The position numbers and the translations under genes were made by a program. A stretch of DNA of 64,000 nt. Source: Haplodiscus bocki. Taxonomy: Eukaryota. The stretch's first letter is position 1. Each line of letters opens with the position of its first letter. The stretch is from positions 33,914,001 to 33,978,000 of the forward strand of contig OZ296659.1 of the NCBI GenBank assembly GCA_965655095.1, read 5' to 3'. Shown one piece after another: positions 63,475-64,000 of this stretch. The notes below the pieces were generated by a model. The model did not search any database and was not told the DNA's origin. It worked only from the letters and a program-made list of their open reading frames with translations.

Positions 63475-64000
63475 AAACGCCACCTCTTCACTCCGAACCT
63501 GCATGCGACAGACCGGAGACAAATGAAAAATCTAAACTTCCACCAATTCCCGAGGTTGTCTGGCAGCAACCTACGGAGAACGATACAAACCAAGATAATT
63601 TATATAAAATTACTAATGACTCGACTTTAAAGACAAATGTAGCCAGTCGAATGTCGCCACCCAATGGAACCCAACCACAGAACCACGTGGACACCACGGA
63701 ACAATCTTCGGGAAAAACAGGGAAAGAGCCAGTACCGTTCCTTGACTGCTCCAAAAATTCTTCTACCAACACCCAAAACACAGAACAGCACGTAGTGACT
63801 ACCCCTAATGGACTTACAACAACTCCGCCTCTCACCACTGCAATTGAAGAAGGGCTGGTGCGAGATGAACTAACAAACGAGGTGTATCTCCCATTAACAT
63901 CCACAGTAGTCTTGAAACGAAAGCTAGAAATGCTCTATGTGCCTCTGGATTTTGACAATAATCTAACGGTAGATGATCTGGTGGACTCAGGAGCATTTGT
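63468..64000 (+). CDS. pol: Pol N-terminus (-1 frame), protease start
   Basis: Open to the window end: KLKTPPLH...MLYVPLDFDNNLTVDDLVDSGAF. Confidence 0.88.

Larger units (their letters stand above)
60744..64000 (+). mobile_element. Gypsy family C element, 5' part (runs off window; start may be as early as 60501)
   Basis: Leader homologous to 13850-14708; near-intact gag, then pol with a DSG protease motif. Confidence 0.9.

Noticed and set aside
62983-63904. Two minus-strand ORFs of 147 and 138 aa
   Set aside because: Antisense to Asn/Thr-rich gag and pol coding sequence.

Overview
AT-rich eukaryotic DNA made almost entirely of nested, mostly decayed mobile elements; I recognise no host gene with confidence. 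(1) A complete, TSD-flanked 10 kb Ty3/Gypsy-like endogenous retrovirus (2057-12126, +) with an unusual layout: gag, a TARG1/OARD1-type macrodomain, protease, a gap where RT and RNase H should be, integrase, a chuvirus-G/class-III-type env, and two extra 3' ORFs. (2) A second, divergent env-bearing Gypsy element (18246-31569, -) that also lacks the RT core and RNase H, and whose far end is an inverted rather than direct copy of its LTR. (3) Two copies of a third Gypsy family (13240-14708 -, and about 60744 to the window end, +). (4) Four pieces of Polinton/adintovirus-like DNA virus (pPolB, packaging ATPase, capsids, cysteine protease, repeat-rich terminal inverted repeats), one carrying a 2.9 kb tandem duplication. 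(5) A ~135 bp satellite with an 8-mer higher-order period, a CACTA-type non-autonomous transposon, a tRNA-like relic and a 200-N gap. The best candidate for an undescribed system is the macrodomain + class III fusogen + accessory-ORF retrovirus. All protein assignments are by-eye motif matches, not database searches, and boundaries of degraded genes are approximate.
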